DNA of 64,000 nt, taken from NCBI GenBank assembly GCA_963777645.1, contig CAVZRA010000006.1:180335-244334 (forward strand), written 5' to 3'. This document shows positions 19,040-28,518 of this stretch, in pieces. A program made the translations under genes and the position numbers. The notes under the pieces are model-generated. The model had not been told where the DNA came from and ran no database searches. It saw only the letters and a list, made by a program, of their open reading frames with translations. The DNA is from an uncultured bacterium. GTDB lineage: Bacteria > Actinomycetota > Acidimicrobiia > Spongiisociales > UBA5794. Position 1 is the first letter of the stretch. The number at the start of each line of letters is the position of its first letter.

Positions 19040-19891
19040 TCAGGAAGTGGTTCCCTCGAGCAGGGCGGTGATGTTGTCGACCAGGACGGCGCGATTGAGG
19101 TCGTCGGGCAAGCCGAGCGACTCCCACTCGGCCAGCCACTCGTCGGGGTTGCCAAAGGGATAGTCGCTCCCGAAGTGGACGCGCTCCCGGAGCGGGCCAC
19201 GGATCAGATCGAGAAGATCGGGGCTCATCGCCTTCGGTGAGACATTGGACAAACACAGATGGACGTTGCGCTTATGGACGGAGATGGCGACCGCCTCATC
19301 TAGCCAGAGCGCACCCGTGTGGGCCATGATGATCTTCAGGTCAGGAAAAGCGGCGGCGAGGCGATCCACATTGATCGGTCGGGCGTGCTCGAACCCGACC
19401 CCGGCGCCGCCCGCTTGCCCTGCCCCCAACCGGGTGAAGCCGGTGTGGATGAGCGCGATGAGCCCATGCTCGAGAGCGGTTTCCCAGAGATGACGGTTTC
19501 CCCGTGGTAGCGGTGGCGTGTTCTCCGCGGCAGGATGGAAGGAGAGACCCGATAAGCCCATCCGCGCCGCTTCGTGCACACCGGCCACCGCCCCGGCACC
19601 CCCGGTTGGATCAACTGCCCCGAACCCGTAGAACACGTCGGGTGCTATGTCGACCAGGGTCTTGATCCCTCGATTCCCAAACGATCGATACCCGCTCCCC
19701 AGCCTGCTGTTCCAACCGAGCAAGATGGCTTTGGCATCTCGCTCCCGATAGAGCGCGGCGATCTCCTCTCCCGTCTTGGGGATGATCTCGTAACCCATGA
19801 ACTCCTCGAGACCGCGGCGAAACGGCGTCAGCGGGCCTTCCAGGAAGTCCGGGACTGGCGGGTGGACGTGCGCATCGATAAATCGCGTCAC
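19040..19891 (-). CDS. amidohydrolase-2 family metal-dependent hydrolase (TIM barrel)
   Basis: 283 aa. N-terminal FIDAHVHPP metal-binding motif and C-terminal HFGSDYP motif. Confidence 0.75.
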   Translation of the reverse strand: MTRFIDAHVHPPVPDFLEGPLTPFRRGLEEFMGYEIIPKTGEEIAALYRERDAKAILLGWNSRLGSGYRSFGNRGIKTLVDIAPDVFYGFGAVDPTGGAGAVAGVHEAARMGLSGLSFHPAAENTPPLPRGNRHLWETALEHGLIALIHTGFTRLGAGQAGGAGVGFEHARPINVDRLAAAFPDLKIIMAHTGALWLDEAVAISVHKRNVHLCLSNVSPKAMSPDLLDLIRGPLRERVHFGSDYPFGNPDEWLAEWESLGLPDDLNRAVLVDNITALLEGTTS

Positions 19892-20172
19892 GAGAGACGG
19901 AACCCCCGGTTATTCGCTTCAGCCTCGGTATCAGGGGCAAATGACTGCAACAAATTGCGACGCAGCAGCTTGTCATCGGCGACCCTCGCCTGCAGGATCG
20001 ACCACCTTTCGGCGTCGTCGCAGTCGTATAGGGCCATGTCATCACGGGTGCCGATGAACCGGTGTGCCTCGAATCGATTGAGCCGACCCACGGTCGCCTT
20101 CCTGGTGAGCTTGCACAACAGTCTAAAGGAGGTAGGCCTCGTGAAAGCTGCCAGTGGTCAGAGCGGGCAAGG

Positions 20173-20610
20173 CTACGGCACGTTGTACCGGATCACCGCC
20201 TGGGAAATGCCGGTCGTCAGGTTGCTGAGATCGATCGTGCCCCTGGCGTCGCCGTGGCTGAACTCGATCGACCATGCGTCGCCGTTGGCCTCGGAGACGT
20301 CTATCGAGAAGCCGGCCGCCTCGAGGTTCTGATTGAAGTAGTCGGCCGTCACGCTCTCGTCTGCATTGACGCGCGCCACGATCTCGGTGAACCCGGTCTT
20401 GGTTACCACCATCGTCGACCCGATCACGCTCCCCGACGGTAGCGGGAAGCCTTCCGGCATAGTCGACGGCAACTCGCCGCTCCCGAAGACCACATCATCT
20501 GGAGAGTTGACCGACCCATCCGTGGTGGACGTCGCGCTGTCGCCGCCACAGCCGGCTGCCACAACAGCGAGGGCGAGCAGGGCTGCAGCCACAGTCCTCC
20601 ACTTCAGCAA
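20173..20610 (-). CDS. putative lipoprotein
   Basis: Signal peptide with lipobox (LAVVAAGCGGD). 145 aa with no recognisable domain. Confidence 0.5.
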   Translation of the reverse strand: MLKWRTVAAALLALAVVAAGCGGDSATSTTDGSVNSPDDVVFGSGELPSTMPEGFPLPSGSVIGSTMVVTKTGFTEIVARVNADESVTADYFNQNLEAAGFSIDVSEANGDAWSIEFSHGDARGTIDLSNLTTGISQAVIRYNVP

Positions 20611-20818
20611 GGATGCCTCCTAGTCGGATAGATGAACCGGAGATTCTAGATCCGGCAGAGATCTGGAAGTCGGCACGAGCGGAAGTGCAGGCTCACCGAC
20701 CGCCAGTACGGCCGAAATGCGCATCCCCGGGTCTGCCCGCCAGTCCGGCACGCTCGACGGCGCGAGCGTGAAGAATAGGGCGAGGAACATCTCGCCGAAC
20801 CTCATCCGAAGCACCCGG

Positions 20819-22462
20819 CTAAACACGGGCTTGCTCCCGGTAGCCGCCGAAGACATCCTTCATGGCGGCAACGATCTCGCCAAGGGTCGCCCGCGCTCTC
20901 GCCGCTTCGATGATCAACTCCATCAGATTGGAGTCACCGGCAGCGCCTTCTCGAAGCGCCAGCAGCTTCGCATCGGTCTGCTTCTGATCCCGGCTGCCGC
21001 GCAGCCTCGCCAGGCTGGCACGCTGTGTTGCCTCTACCTCGGCGCCTATGCGCAGGATGTCGAGTGAGTCCTCGTCTTCCCTCACGTACTTGTTGACACC
21101 GACGACGGTCCGTTCCCCTGAGTTGAGCGCCTTCTCATATTCGTACGCAGAGTCGGCAATTGCGGACTGGAACCATCCTTCGTTGATCCCGGTAAGCACA
21201 CCATCGAGCATGGAGCCGTCACCCATACGGTCGACGGTCGCAAAAATCTCCTCGGCCTTTGCTTCGATGCGGTCGGTCATCTCTTCGACAAACCAGGATC
21301 CCCCGAGCGGGTCGATGGTGGCGGCCACGCCGGTCTCCTCGGCGATGATCTGCTGAGTTCGCAAAGCGGTCTCGGCATTCCTGGCCGTTGGCAGGGCAAA
21401 CACCTCGTCCTTGGCGTTGGTATGGAGGCTCTGGGTTCCGCCGAGCACTGCAGCCAAACCCTCGATGGCGGTGCGGACGATGTTGTTCTCCGGCTGTTGC
21501 GCGGTGAGGGACACCCCGGCGGTCTGGGTGTGGAAACGCAGCATCTGCGAACGATCCGTGGTGACGCCGTAGCGGTCACGCATCCAGCGCGCCCAGATCC
21601 GACGGGCCGCCCGGAACTTGCCGATCTCCTCGAAGAAATCGATGTGGGAATCGAAGAAGAAGGAGAGCCTCGGGAGAAACTCGTTGGGGTCGAGGCCTCG
21701 CCGCAGACAAGCTTCCACATACGCAAAACCGTCGGCGAGGGTGAATGCAAGCTCCTGGGCTGCGGTGGCACCTGCCTCCCGGATGTGATAGCCGGAAATG
21801 GAGATGGTGTTCCACTGCGGCACTTCCCTCGAGCAGAAATCGATCATGTCGACGATGAGCCGAAGATGCGGCTCGGGAGGAAAGATCCACTCTTTCTGGG
21901 CGATGTACTCCTTGAGGATGTCGTTCTGCAAGGTACCCCGGAGCGACGCCCACTCAACACCCTGCTCCTCTGCAGCGACGAGCAGGAAGGCGAACAGCAC
22001 TTCCGCCGGGCCGTTGATCGTCATCGAGACTGAGACATCGCCAAGGGGGATCTGATCGAAGAGGCCTGCCATGTCCCTGGCTGAGGAGACGGCGACGCCA
22101 CAGTGCCCCACCTCGCCGAGCGCCATCGGATCATCTCCGTCGAGACCCATCAAGGTTGGCATGTCAAAAGCGACCGAAAGCCCACCCTGGCCTGCTCCGA
22201 GTAGATGGCGGAACCGCTCGTTGGTCTCGGTAACCGAGGCGAAGCCGGCGAACTGGCGCATCGTCCAGAGACGGCCTCGATAGAGGGTCGCATGCACCCC
22301 ACGCGTGTAGGGGTATTGACCGGGAAAGCCGATCTTCTCAGGAACTTCCCCGTCGGGCAACCCGAGTGCAGGCACCGGCTCGAACGACAGCGTCTCAAAG
22401 GTCTCCTGGCGCTTGTCGTCTCGTTGGTAGCTTTCCTCCCATGAGGCCTCGCGATCATCCAT
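20819..22462 (-). CDS. methylmalonyl-CoA mutase family, large substrate-binding subunit lacking the C-terminal B12-binding domain
   Basis: 547 aa. FPGQYPYTRG...RQFAGF TIM-barrel mutase domain. It ends before any DxHxxG B12 module. Confidence 0.85.
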   Translation of the reverse strand: MDDREASWEESYQRDDKRQETFETLSFEPVPALGLPDGEVPEKIGFPGQYPYTRGVHATLYRGRLWTMRQFAGFASVTETNERFRHLLGAGQGGLSVAFDMPTLMGLDGDDPMALGEVGHCGVAVSSARDMAGLFDQIPLGDVSVSMTINGPAEVLFAFLLVAAEEQGVEWASLRGTLQNDILKEYIAQKEWIFPPEPHLRLIVDMIDFCSREVPQWNTISISGYHIREAGATAAQELAFTLADGFAYVEACLRRGLDPNEFLPRLSFFFDSHIDFFEEIGKFRAARRIWARWMRDRYGVTTDRSQMLRFHTQTAGVSLTAQQPENNIVRTAIEGLAAVLGGTQSLHTNAKDEVFALPTARNAETALRTQQIIAEETGVAATIDPLGGSWFVEEMTDRIEAKAEEIFATVDRMGDGSMLDGVLTGINEGWFQSAIADSAYEYEKALNSGERTVVGVNKYVREDEDSLDILRIGAEVEATQRASLARLRGSRDQKQTDAKLLALREGAAGDSNLMELIIEAARARATLGEIVAAMKDVFGGYREQARV

Positions 22463-22895
22463 CGTCGAGCCCGAGAGCCTTCATCTCGTCATCGCCGACG
22501 GGGCGATCGAGCGCACCGATCGACTCCATGTACTCTGCCTGGAGTTGCATCACCTCGGCCACGATCGAAGGATCGTATGTAAATCCCTGACGCTCCGTTT
22601 GCTCGATGACGTAGGCGGTCACGGCATCGCTACCCAGCACAACGGGCTGGCCGGGGTCCGAATCCAGGTGGTCATGCAGGTATTTCATCTCCCACTCCAG
22701 AATGCGGCGCACGCTCTTGTGGCCGATGACCTCGCGGGTGGTTTCGGACAGTCTCGGTGTGATGTACTTGATCGACTCTTCAACACCATAGGAAACAGGC
22801 CCACCCGGCATCCGGATCGTGCCTTGCCACATGAAGGCGAGGCCGACGAGAGCCAGGATGATGAAGAGACCGAGCAGAAGGATTACCGCTTCCAT
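22455..22895 (-). CDS. hypothetical single-pass membrane protein, translationally coupled to mutase gene
   Basis: 146 aa with an N-terminal TM helix (MEAVILLLGLFIILALVGLAF). It overlaps the mutase start by 8 nt. Confidence 0.45.
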   Translation of the reverse strand: MEAVILLLGLFIILALVGLAFMWQGTIRMPGGPVSYGVEESIKYITPRLSETTREVIGHKSVRRILEWEMKYLHDHLDSDPGQPVVLGSDAVTAYVIEQTERQGFTYDPSIVAEVMQLQAEYMESIGALDRPVGDDEMKALGLDDG

Positions 22896-22989
22896 GCACA
22901 GTCATGGTACCGACACCCGTGACTTTTCGGCACCGGTGGTTCCAGGGCCCACGAAACGGATATAGGCTTGCCGCAGCCGAGGAGGACCC

Positions 22990-23541
22990 TTGTTCGATCT
23001 GGAGACGATGAAGCTCTTCTTCGCCATGCTGGCGCTCGCCGCCAACGTGGCAGTAGTCGGCTACATCCTTGTCGCGGTGGCGGCTCGATTCTCCCCGGCC
23101 GCGACAGAGATCAGAGACCGCCTCCATGAGATGCTGCTCGGGCGTGAGTTGCTGTTCGCCGCACTCGTCGCGGGCGTAGCCATGCTCGGCAGTCTCTACA
23201 TGAGCGAGGTGGCGCACCTGATCCCGTGCACCGACTGCTGGTACCAGCGCATCGCCATGTACCCGACCGCCATCGTCCTCGGGATCGCCGCCTACCGGAA
23301 CGATTCGGGAATAAGGGTCTATGTCGCCCCGCTGGCCGTCATCGGCGGCGTCATCTCGCTCTATCACTACCTCATCCAACGGTTCCCCAATCTGGAGGGA
23401 ACCAGCTGCAGCACCTCGGTGCCGTGCACCTCGGCCTGGTTTCGTGTCTTCGGGTTCATCTCGATCCCATACATGGCACTCAGTGCGTTCGCACTCGTGC
23501 TCGTCATGCTCTGGGTTTCCCGGGCAAACGAGAGTCGCTAG
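22990..23541 (+). CDS. disulfide bond formation protein B (DsbB/BdbC family)
   Basis: 183 aa, 4 TM. Has [13 protein letters not shown] (CxxC in the first extracytoplasmic loop) and a second Cys pair (CSTSVPC). Confidence 0.7.
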   Translation: MFDLETMKLFFAMLALAANVAVVGYILVAVAARFSPAATEIRDRLHEMLLGRELLFAALVAGVAMLGSLYMSEVAHLIPCTDCWYQRIAMYPTAIVLGIAAYRNDSGIRVYVAPLAVIGGVISLYHYLIQRFPNLEGTSCSTSVPCTSAWFRVFGFISIPYMALSAFALVLVMLWVSRANESR

Positions 23542-23668
23542 CCGAAGAGCCCGAATCGAAGCGATCTGGGAATTATTTGTAGACCGTCATTTTCCGGATC
23601 CGAACGCGCCATGATGCACTCCCACCGATAGGGTTCCGTCGAGGAGCGGGCGAGAAAGGCTGCACACG

Positions 23669-24343
23669 ATGACAACGAAGGCGAAGAACAAGGCTCCGTT
23701 GCGACAGGCGGGGCAGAAGAGATTGGGTGATAGCAACCCGATCTTCCTCATCGTTTTCGCAGTCATCGCCGTGGCTCTGGTCGCAGCCATCGTGCTCAGC
23801 TCGGACAAGCCAGTCGGCAGCGAAGGCGAGTACGGTGAACCGTCGATCACCGGCGCACCGCTGCCACCTTTCGGCGATGGGACCTCTGCCGCCGACGACC
23901 CGGCAGTGGGCACGACAGCACCCCAGGTCACTGGGAAGGATTTTGACGGCAGCACGGTCTCGATCACACCAGACGGCACCCCTAAGGTCATTATGTTCAT
24001 CGCCCACTGGTGCCCCCATTGCCAGGCTGAAGTTCCCCGGGTCCAGGATTGGCTCAACTCCGGCGGTGGTGTCATCGGCGTCGACATCATCTCGGTGACG
24101 ACCTCAGCAAGCTCGGGCGCAGACAACTGGCCGCCTTCGGCGTGGCTCGACCGGGAAGGTTGGACCTCTCCGAACATTCGTGACGACCAGGCCAACAGTG
24201 TGCTCAACGCTTTTGGCGGAAGCTCTTTCCCTTTCTGGGTCTTCCTGAATGGTGACGGAACCGTGGCGCTCCGCCTCGCCGGTGAGATCGGTGTCGACAA
24301 TTTGAAGCTGGTGATGGACAGCCTGGCGTCCGCGTCACAATGA
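23669..24343 (+). CDS. membrane-anchored thioredoxin-fold thiol-disulfide oxidoreductase (TlpA/ResA-like)
   Basis: 224 aa. N-terminal TM anchor and a WCPHC active site. Confidence 0.7.
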   Translation: MTTKAKNKAPLRQAGQKRLGDSNPIFLIVFAVIAVALVAAIVLSSDKPVGSEGEYGEPSITGAPLPPFGDGTSAADDPAVGTTAPQVTGKDFDGSTVSITPDGTPKVIMFIAHWCPHCQAEVPRVQDWLNSGGGVIGVDIISVTTSASSGADNWPPSAWLDREGWTSPNIRDDQANSVLNAFGGSSFPFWVFLNGDGTVALRLAGEIGVDNLKLVMDSLASASQ

Positions 24344-24375
24344 CCCGGTCACTACCCTGACCGCTCGTGTGAGAG

Positions 24376-24990
24376 GTGACCATGGCATCAGGGCTGTATT
24401 TCGAGAACGAATCGGTCGCCATTCGTAAGGCAGAGGTGGGTACGTTCGAGAACAATGCCTATGTCGTCGTCTGTCGCGTCAGCGGAATATCAGTGATCAT
24501 CGATGCCGCCGCCGATGCCGACGCGGTGCTGAGGCTCGCCGACGGAACCGACCCTCAGGCGATCATCACAACGCACGGCCACGCCGACCACGTCGGCGCC
24601 GCCAGGGAAGTGTCGCGTCGGCTGGGCATCCCGGTGTGCCTCCATCCCGCAGACCGGGAGATATGTCCGATCGACCCCGACGAGGATATCGATACCGGCT
24701 CTCTTGCCATCGGCAAGGCGACGGTCGAGCTCGTGCACACACCCGGCCATACCCCCGGCTCATTGGGTCTCGTCACAAACGGCGCAGTGATCACAGGCGA
24801 TACGCTTTTCCCGGGCGGACCTGGTGCGACCCGATTCGCTTACTCTGATTTTGACCAGATAATGGAGAGCATCGAGCGCGAGTACTTCTCGCTGCCCGAT
24901 ACAACAATCGTCTTGCCCGGCCACGGGCGCGACACCACAATTGGGACCGAACGGCCCGCCCTCCCCGAGTGGCGTGCCCGCCGGTGGTGA
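24376..24990 (+). CDS. MBL-fold metallo-hydrolase (glyoxalase II-like)
   Basis: 204 aa with the THGHADH motif and downstream His/Asp ligands. Confidence 0.8.
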   Translation: MTMASGLYFENESVAIRKAEVGTFENNAYVVVCRVSGISVIIDAAADADAVLRLADGTDPQAIITTHGHADHVGAAREVSRRLGIPVCLHPADREICPIDPDEDIDTGSLAIGKATVELVHTPGHTPGSLGLVTNGAVITGDTLFPGGPGATRFAYSDFDQIMESIEREYFSLPDTTIVLPGHGRDTTIGTERPALPEWRARRW

Positions 24991-25006
24991 AGAGGAAGGA
25001 GCGAGA

Positions 25007-25942
25007 ATGGAATTCGGCTTGATGGTCGAGCCACAGCTAGGTGGGACATATGGCGAGCTCGTGGCGCTTGCCCAGGCTGCGGAACAAGCCGGATTTACCT
25101 CGTTCGCCCGCTCCGATCACTATCTGAACGGGGACAAGAGCCTCCCTGCAACCGACGCGCTCACCAGCCTCGCCGGGATTGCCCGCGAGACAGAGTCCAT
25201 CAAGCTGACCGTGCTCGTCACCCCGCTGACGTTCCGTCACCCCGCCGTCATTGCCAAGACGGCAACCACCCTCGACGAAATGTCGGGCGGTCGTTTCGAG
25301 CTCGGGATCGGCACCGGCTGGATGGAGGGCGAGCACAACGCCTTTGGCATCCAGCTTCCGGAAATGAGGACACGTTTCAGCCTGCTCTTCGAGACCCTCG
25401 CCTATATCCACGCGGCTTTTGGGCGCAGCGAAGGCGGTTACACCGGCAGACACCATCGACTCGACGATATCGAGGTCCTCCCCCGACCGAGCTCCACGCT
25501 ACCGATCATCATCGGTGGCTCCGGGAAGAAGCGGACACCAGCCATCGCCGGGAGATTCGCCGACGAATACAACCTATTTGCCAGTAGCGCCGATGACCTC
25601 GCCGCCCGTATCGAGGTCATGGCCAGGACTGCAACCGAGGTGGGCAGAGATCCGGCTGAGATCAAGATCTCGATCACATCTGCGACGTTCCTCGGCGAGG
25701 ATGAAGCGGAATACCGGGAGTTGCTCGGTGCCGCCGCCGCGGCGCGCCGCGTCGGCCCGAAGGAGCTCGAGCAACGGTTCACCGCCCGGCGCATCCTGCA
25801 CGGCACATTCGAGCAGGCGGCAGAGACGATCGCCGACTATGAGGCCGAGGGAGTGGGACGCATCTACTTCCAGCAGTACGCCCCGTTGTCGGAGGTTGAC
25901 GCCGGTATGCAGGAACGACAGCTGAAAGCTCTCCGGGGCTGA
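25007..25942 (+). CDS. LLM class (luciferase-like) F420/flavin-dependent oxidoreductase
   Basis: MEFGLMVEPQLGGTYGELVALAQAAEQAGF start and a TIM-barrel LLM pattern. A good SD (GGAAGGAG) lies upstream. Confidence 0.8.
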   Translation: MEFGLMVEPQLGGTYGELVALAQAAEQAGFTSFARSDHYLNGDKSLPATDALTSLAGIARETESIKLTVLVTPLTFRHPAVIAKTATTLDEMSGGRFELGIGTGWMEGEHNAFGIQLPEMRTRFSLLFETLAYIHAAFGRSEGGYTGRHHRLDDIEVLPRPSSTLPIIIGGSGKKRTPAIAGRFADEYNLFASSADDLAARIEVMARTATEVGRDPAEIKISITSATFLGEDEAEYRELLGAAAAARRVGPKELEQRFTARRILHGTFEQAAETIADYEAEGVGRIYFQQYAPLSEVDAGMQERQLKALRG

Positions 25943-26003
25943 GACCATATTCCACTACCCGCGTAGGGATTAGAACCCACGATCGCAAGCTATCCTGCGC
26001 CCT

Positions 26004-26753
26004 ATGACGACACCGCTACTCGTAATCGAAAACCTGCACGCCTCCGCTGGAGACACCGAGATCATCAAGGGTATGGACCTGACCATCGAACGTGGCCAGA
26101 TCCACGCATTGATGGGGCCAAATGGGTCGGGTAAGTCAACCCTCTCGTACGTCCTGCTTGGCCATCCCAGCTACAAGGTGACCGAGGGGAGGATCTACTA
26201 CAAGGGTGAAGACATCACCGAGTGGACATCCGACAAGCGCGGTCAGGCCGGTATGTTCCTCGGCTTCCAGTACCCCGAGGAGATCCCCGGTGTCTCGGTC
26301 CTCAACTTCCTGCGTACAGCTCTCTCCAATCGCACCGGCACCGACTACACCGTCCTCGAGCTGCGGCTCAAGGTGGCCGAGGTGATGAAGGAGCTCGGAA
26401 TGGATCAGTCGTTCGCCGACCGTTACCTCAACGAAGGCTTCTCCGGAGGAGAGCGCAAGCGCAACGAGGTGCTACAGATGACCGTGCTCCAACCCGAGCT
26501 CGCCATTCTCGACGAGACCGATTCCGGGCTCGACATCGACGCCCTGCGTACTGTCGCCGAAGGCGTGAAGCGTCTCCATTCCGACGAACGCGGGTTCCTC
26601 ATCATCACCCATTACCAGCGGATGCTCGACTACATAACCCCCGATGTCGTCCACATCTTCGTCAACGGCAAGATCGTCGAGACCGGCGACGCCGCGCTTG
26701 CCAAAGAGATCGAAGAGACCGGGTACGACAATTACCGGGTGGGAGCCGGCTGA
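26004..26753 (+). CDS. sufC: Fe-S cluster assembly ATPase SufC
   Basis: 249 aa. Walker A GPNGSGKST, ABC signature FSGGERKR and Walker B ILDETDSGLD. Confidence 0.9.
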   Translation: MTTPLLVIENLHASAGDTEIIKGMDLTIERGQIHALMGPNGSGKSTLSYVLLGHPSYKVTEGRIYYKGEDITEWTSDKRGQAGMFLGFQYPEEIPGVSVLNFLRTALSNRTGTDYTVLELRLKVAEVMKELGMDQSFADRYLNEGFSGGERKRNEVLQMTVLQPELAILDETDSGLDIDALRTVAEGVKRLHSDERGFLIITHYQRMLDYITPDVVHIFVNGKIVETGDAALAKEIEETGYDNYRVGAG

Positions 26754-27976
26754 TGCTCGATCATCTGCGAGCGGACTTCCCGATCCTGGAGCGGATGGTC
26801 AACGGGAAACGTCTCGCCTACCTGGATTCCTCTGCGACAACACAGAAACCAAACCAGGTAATCGATGCGATCTCCGACTACTACCGCAACTACAACTCAA
26901 ATGTGCATCGCGGGGCGCACACCCTCGCTGAGGAAGCAACCACCGCATATGAGGGAGCCCGGGCCAAGATCGCCAGGTTCATCGGTGCCGACTCTTCGAG
27001 CGAGGTGGTGTTCACCAGAGGGGCGACGGCGAGCCTAAACATGATCGCCTACGGCTGGGGGTTGAACCGGCTGCAGGAAGGCGACCGGATTGTCCTCACC
27101 ATCATGGAGCACCACGCCAATGTCGTGCCATGGCAGCTTATCGCAAAGCACACAGGCGCCGAGCTCGTCTATCTCGATCTCGACGACGATTACCGCGTCG
27201 ACCTCTCCAAGCTCGACGAGATCATGGATTCGCGGGTGAAGATCGTCTCGGTTTCGGGGATGTCGAACGTCACGGGCACCATCGGGCCTGTGGCCGAATT
27301 GGTGGCTGCTGCGCATGCCGTCGGTGCCGTGGCCATCGTCGATGCCGCCCAATCCGTCCCCCATTTGCCGACGAACGTGTCTGAGATCGGGGCCGACTTC
27401 CTTGCGTTCAGCGCCCACAAGATGCTCGGCCCGACAGGAGTCGGGGCGCTATGGGGAAAGCGGGAAATACTCGAAGAGATGGAGCCGGCAGAAGGTGGCG
27501 GCGAGATGATCGCCGACGTCACACTGTACGACTCCCGCTGGGCCCCGATCCCCCACAAGTTCGAGGCGGGCACACCACCTATCGCACAGGCGATCGGTTT
27601 CGGAGCAGCGATCGACTACCTGGACAAGATCGGGATGCCCGCGGTTCGCGAGCATGAGATGGACATCACGTCGTACGCACTCGAGCGACTCGCCGAGGTC
27701 CCCGACGTGAAGGTAGTCGGGCCGTCGGATGTCTCCGTTCGTGGAGGCGCCGTCAGCTTCGAGCTCGGCGACGTTCATCCACACGATGTGGCGACGATCC
27801 TCGATCAGGAGGGCGTTGCAGTGCGAGCCGGCCATCATTGCGCCAAGCCACTGATGCGCTACCTCGGGGTTCAGTCGACGGCCCGGGCCTCTTTCTACAT
27901 CTACACAGTCAGGGAAGACATCGACCAGCTGATCGTAGGCCTGCATGCGGCCCGCAAGATCTTCGGTCTCGGGTAG
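26753..27976 (+). CDS. sufS: cysteine desulfurase SufS (class V aminotransferase)
   Basis: 408 aa. Has FSAHKMLGPTG (PLP lysine) and GHHCA (active Cys). The start overlaps the sufC stop (TGATG). Confidence 0.9.
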   Translation: MLDHLRADFPILERMVNGKRLAYLDSSATTQKPNQVIDAISDYYRNYNSNVHRGAHTLAEEATTAYEGARAKIARFIGADSSSEVVFTRGATASLNMIAYGWGLNRLQEGDRIVLTIMEHHANVVPWQLIAKHTGAELVYLDLDDDYRVDLSKLDEIMDSRVKIVSVSGMSNVTGTIGPVAELVAAAHAVGAVAIVDAAQSVPHLPTNVSEIGADFLAFSAHKMLGPTGVGALWGKREILEEMEPAEGGGEMIADVTLYDSRWAPIPHKFEAGTPPIAQAIGFGAAIDYLDKIGMPAVREHEMDITSYALERLAEVPDVKVVGPSDVSVRGGAVSFELGDVHPHDVATILDQEGVAVRAGHHCAKPLMRYLGVQSTARASFYIYTVREDIDQLIVGLHAARKIFGLG

Positions 27977-28057
27977 CGACACAGAACTGGTCCCTCCGTT
28001 TCCGACGGGACCACCGTGGCGTTATCGTTGTGGACTCACCAACTAAGCAAAGATGAA

Positions 28058-28504
28058 ATGGCACTTGAAGAGCTATACCGCGAAGTAATCCTCGACCACT
28101 ACCGCAATCCCCGTCACCGTGGCAAGCTGCTCGACGCGCAATGCCATGCCGAAGGCCTCAACCCTTCGTGCGGCGACGAGTTCTCGCTCGATCTAGTGAT
28201 CGTCGATGGGGTGATCGCCGACGTGGCCACCCAGGGACAGGGATGCTCCATCTCCCAGGCCTCGGGTTCGATGATGGCGGACGCCATCGTTGGTATGACC
28301 GTCGACGAGGTTCAGGAGTTGACCTCCAACTTCAAGCGGATGATGTCGATCGAGGAGGGCGAAAGCCCGGTCGACCCTGCCCGCCCCGGCGCCGTGCTCG
28401 GCGACCTGGAGGCGCTCCAGGGTGTCCGTAAGTTCCCGGTCCGGATCAAATGCGCCGACCTCCCCTGGACCACGCTCACCGACGCACTCAAGCAAGCCAG
28501 CTGA
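28058..28504 (+). CDS. sufU: Fe-S cluster scaffold / sulfurtransferase SufU (IscU-like)
   Basis: 148 aa. NPSCGDEF and GCSISQAS motifs with the conserved Cys residues. Confidence 0.85.
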   Translation: MALEELYREVILDHYRNPRHRGKLLDAQCHAEGLNPSCGDEFSLDLVIVDGVIADVATQGQGCSISQASGSMMADAIVGMTVDEVQELTSNFKRMMSIEEGESPVDPARPGAVLGDLEALQGVRKFPVRIKCADLPWTTLTDALKQAS

Positions 28505-28518
28505 CGACACCGCCGGAG

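Noticed and set aside
20615-20660. Near-palindromes ccggagattctagatccgg and agatct after the lipoprotein gene
   Set aside because: Short imperfect stems. Most simply a weak terminator. Not distinctive.
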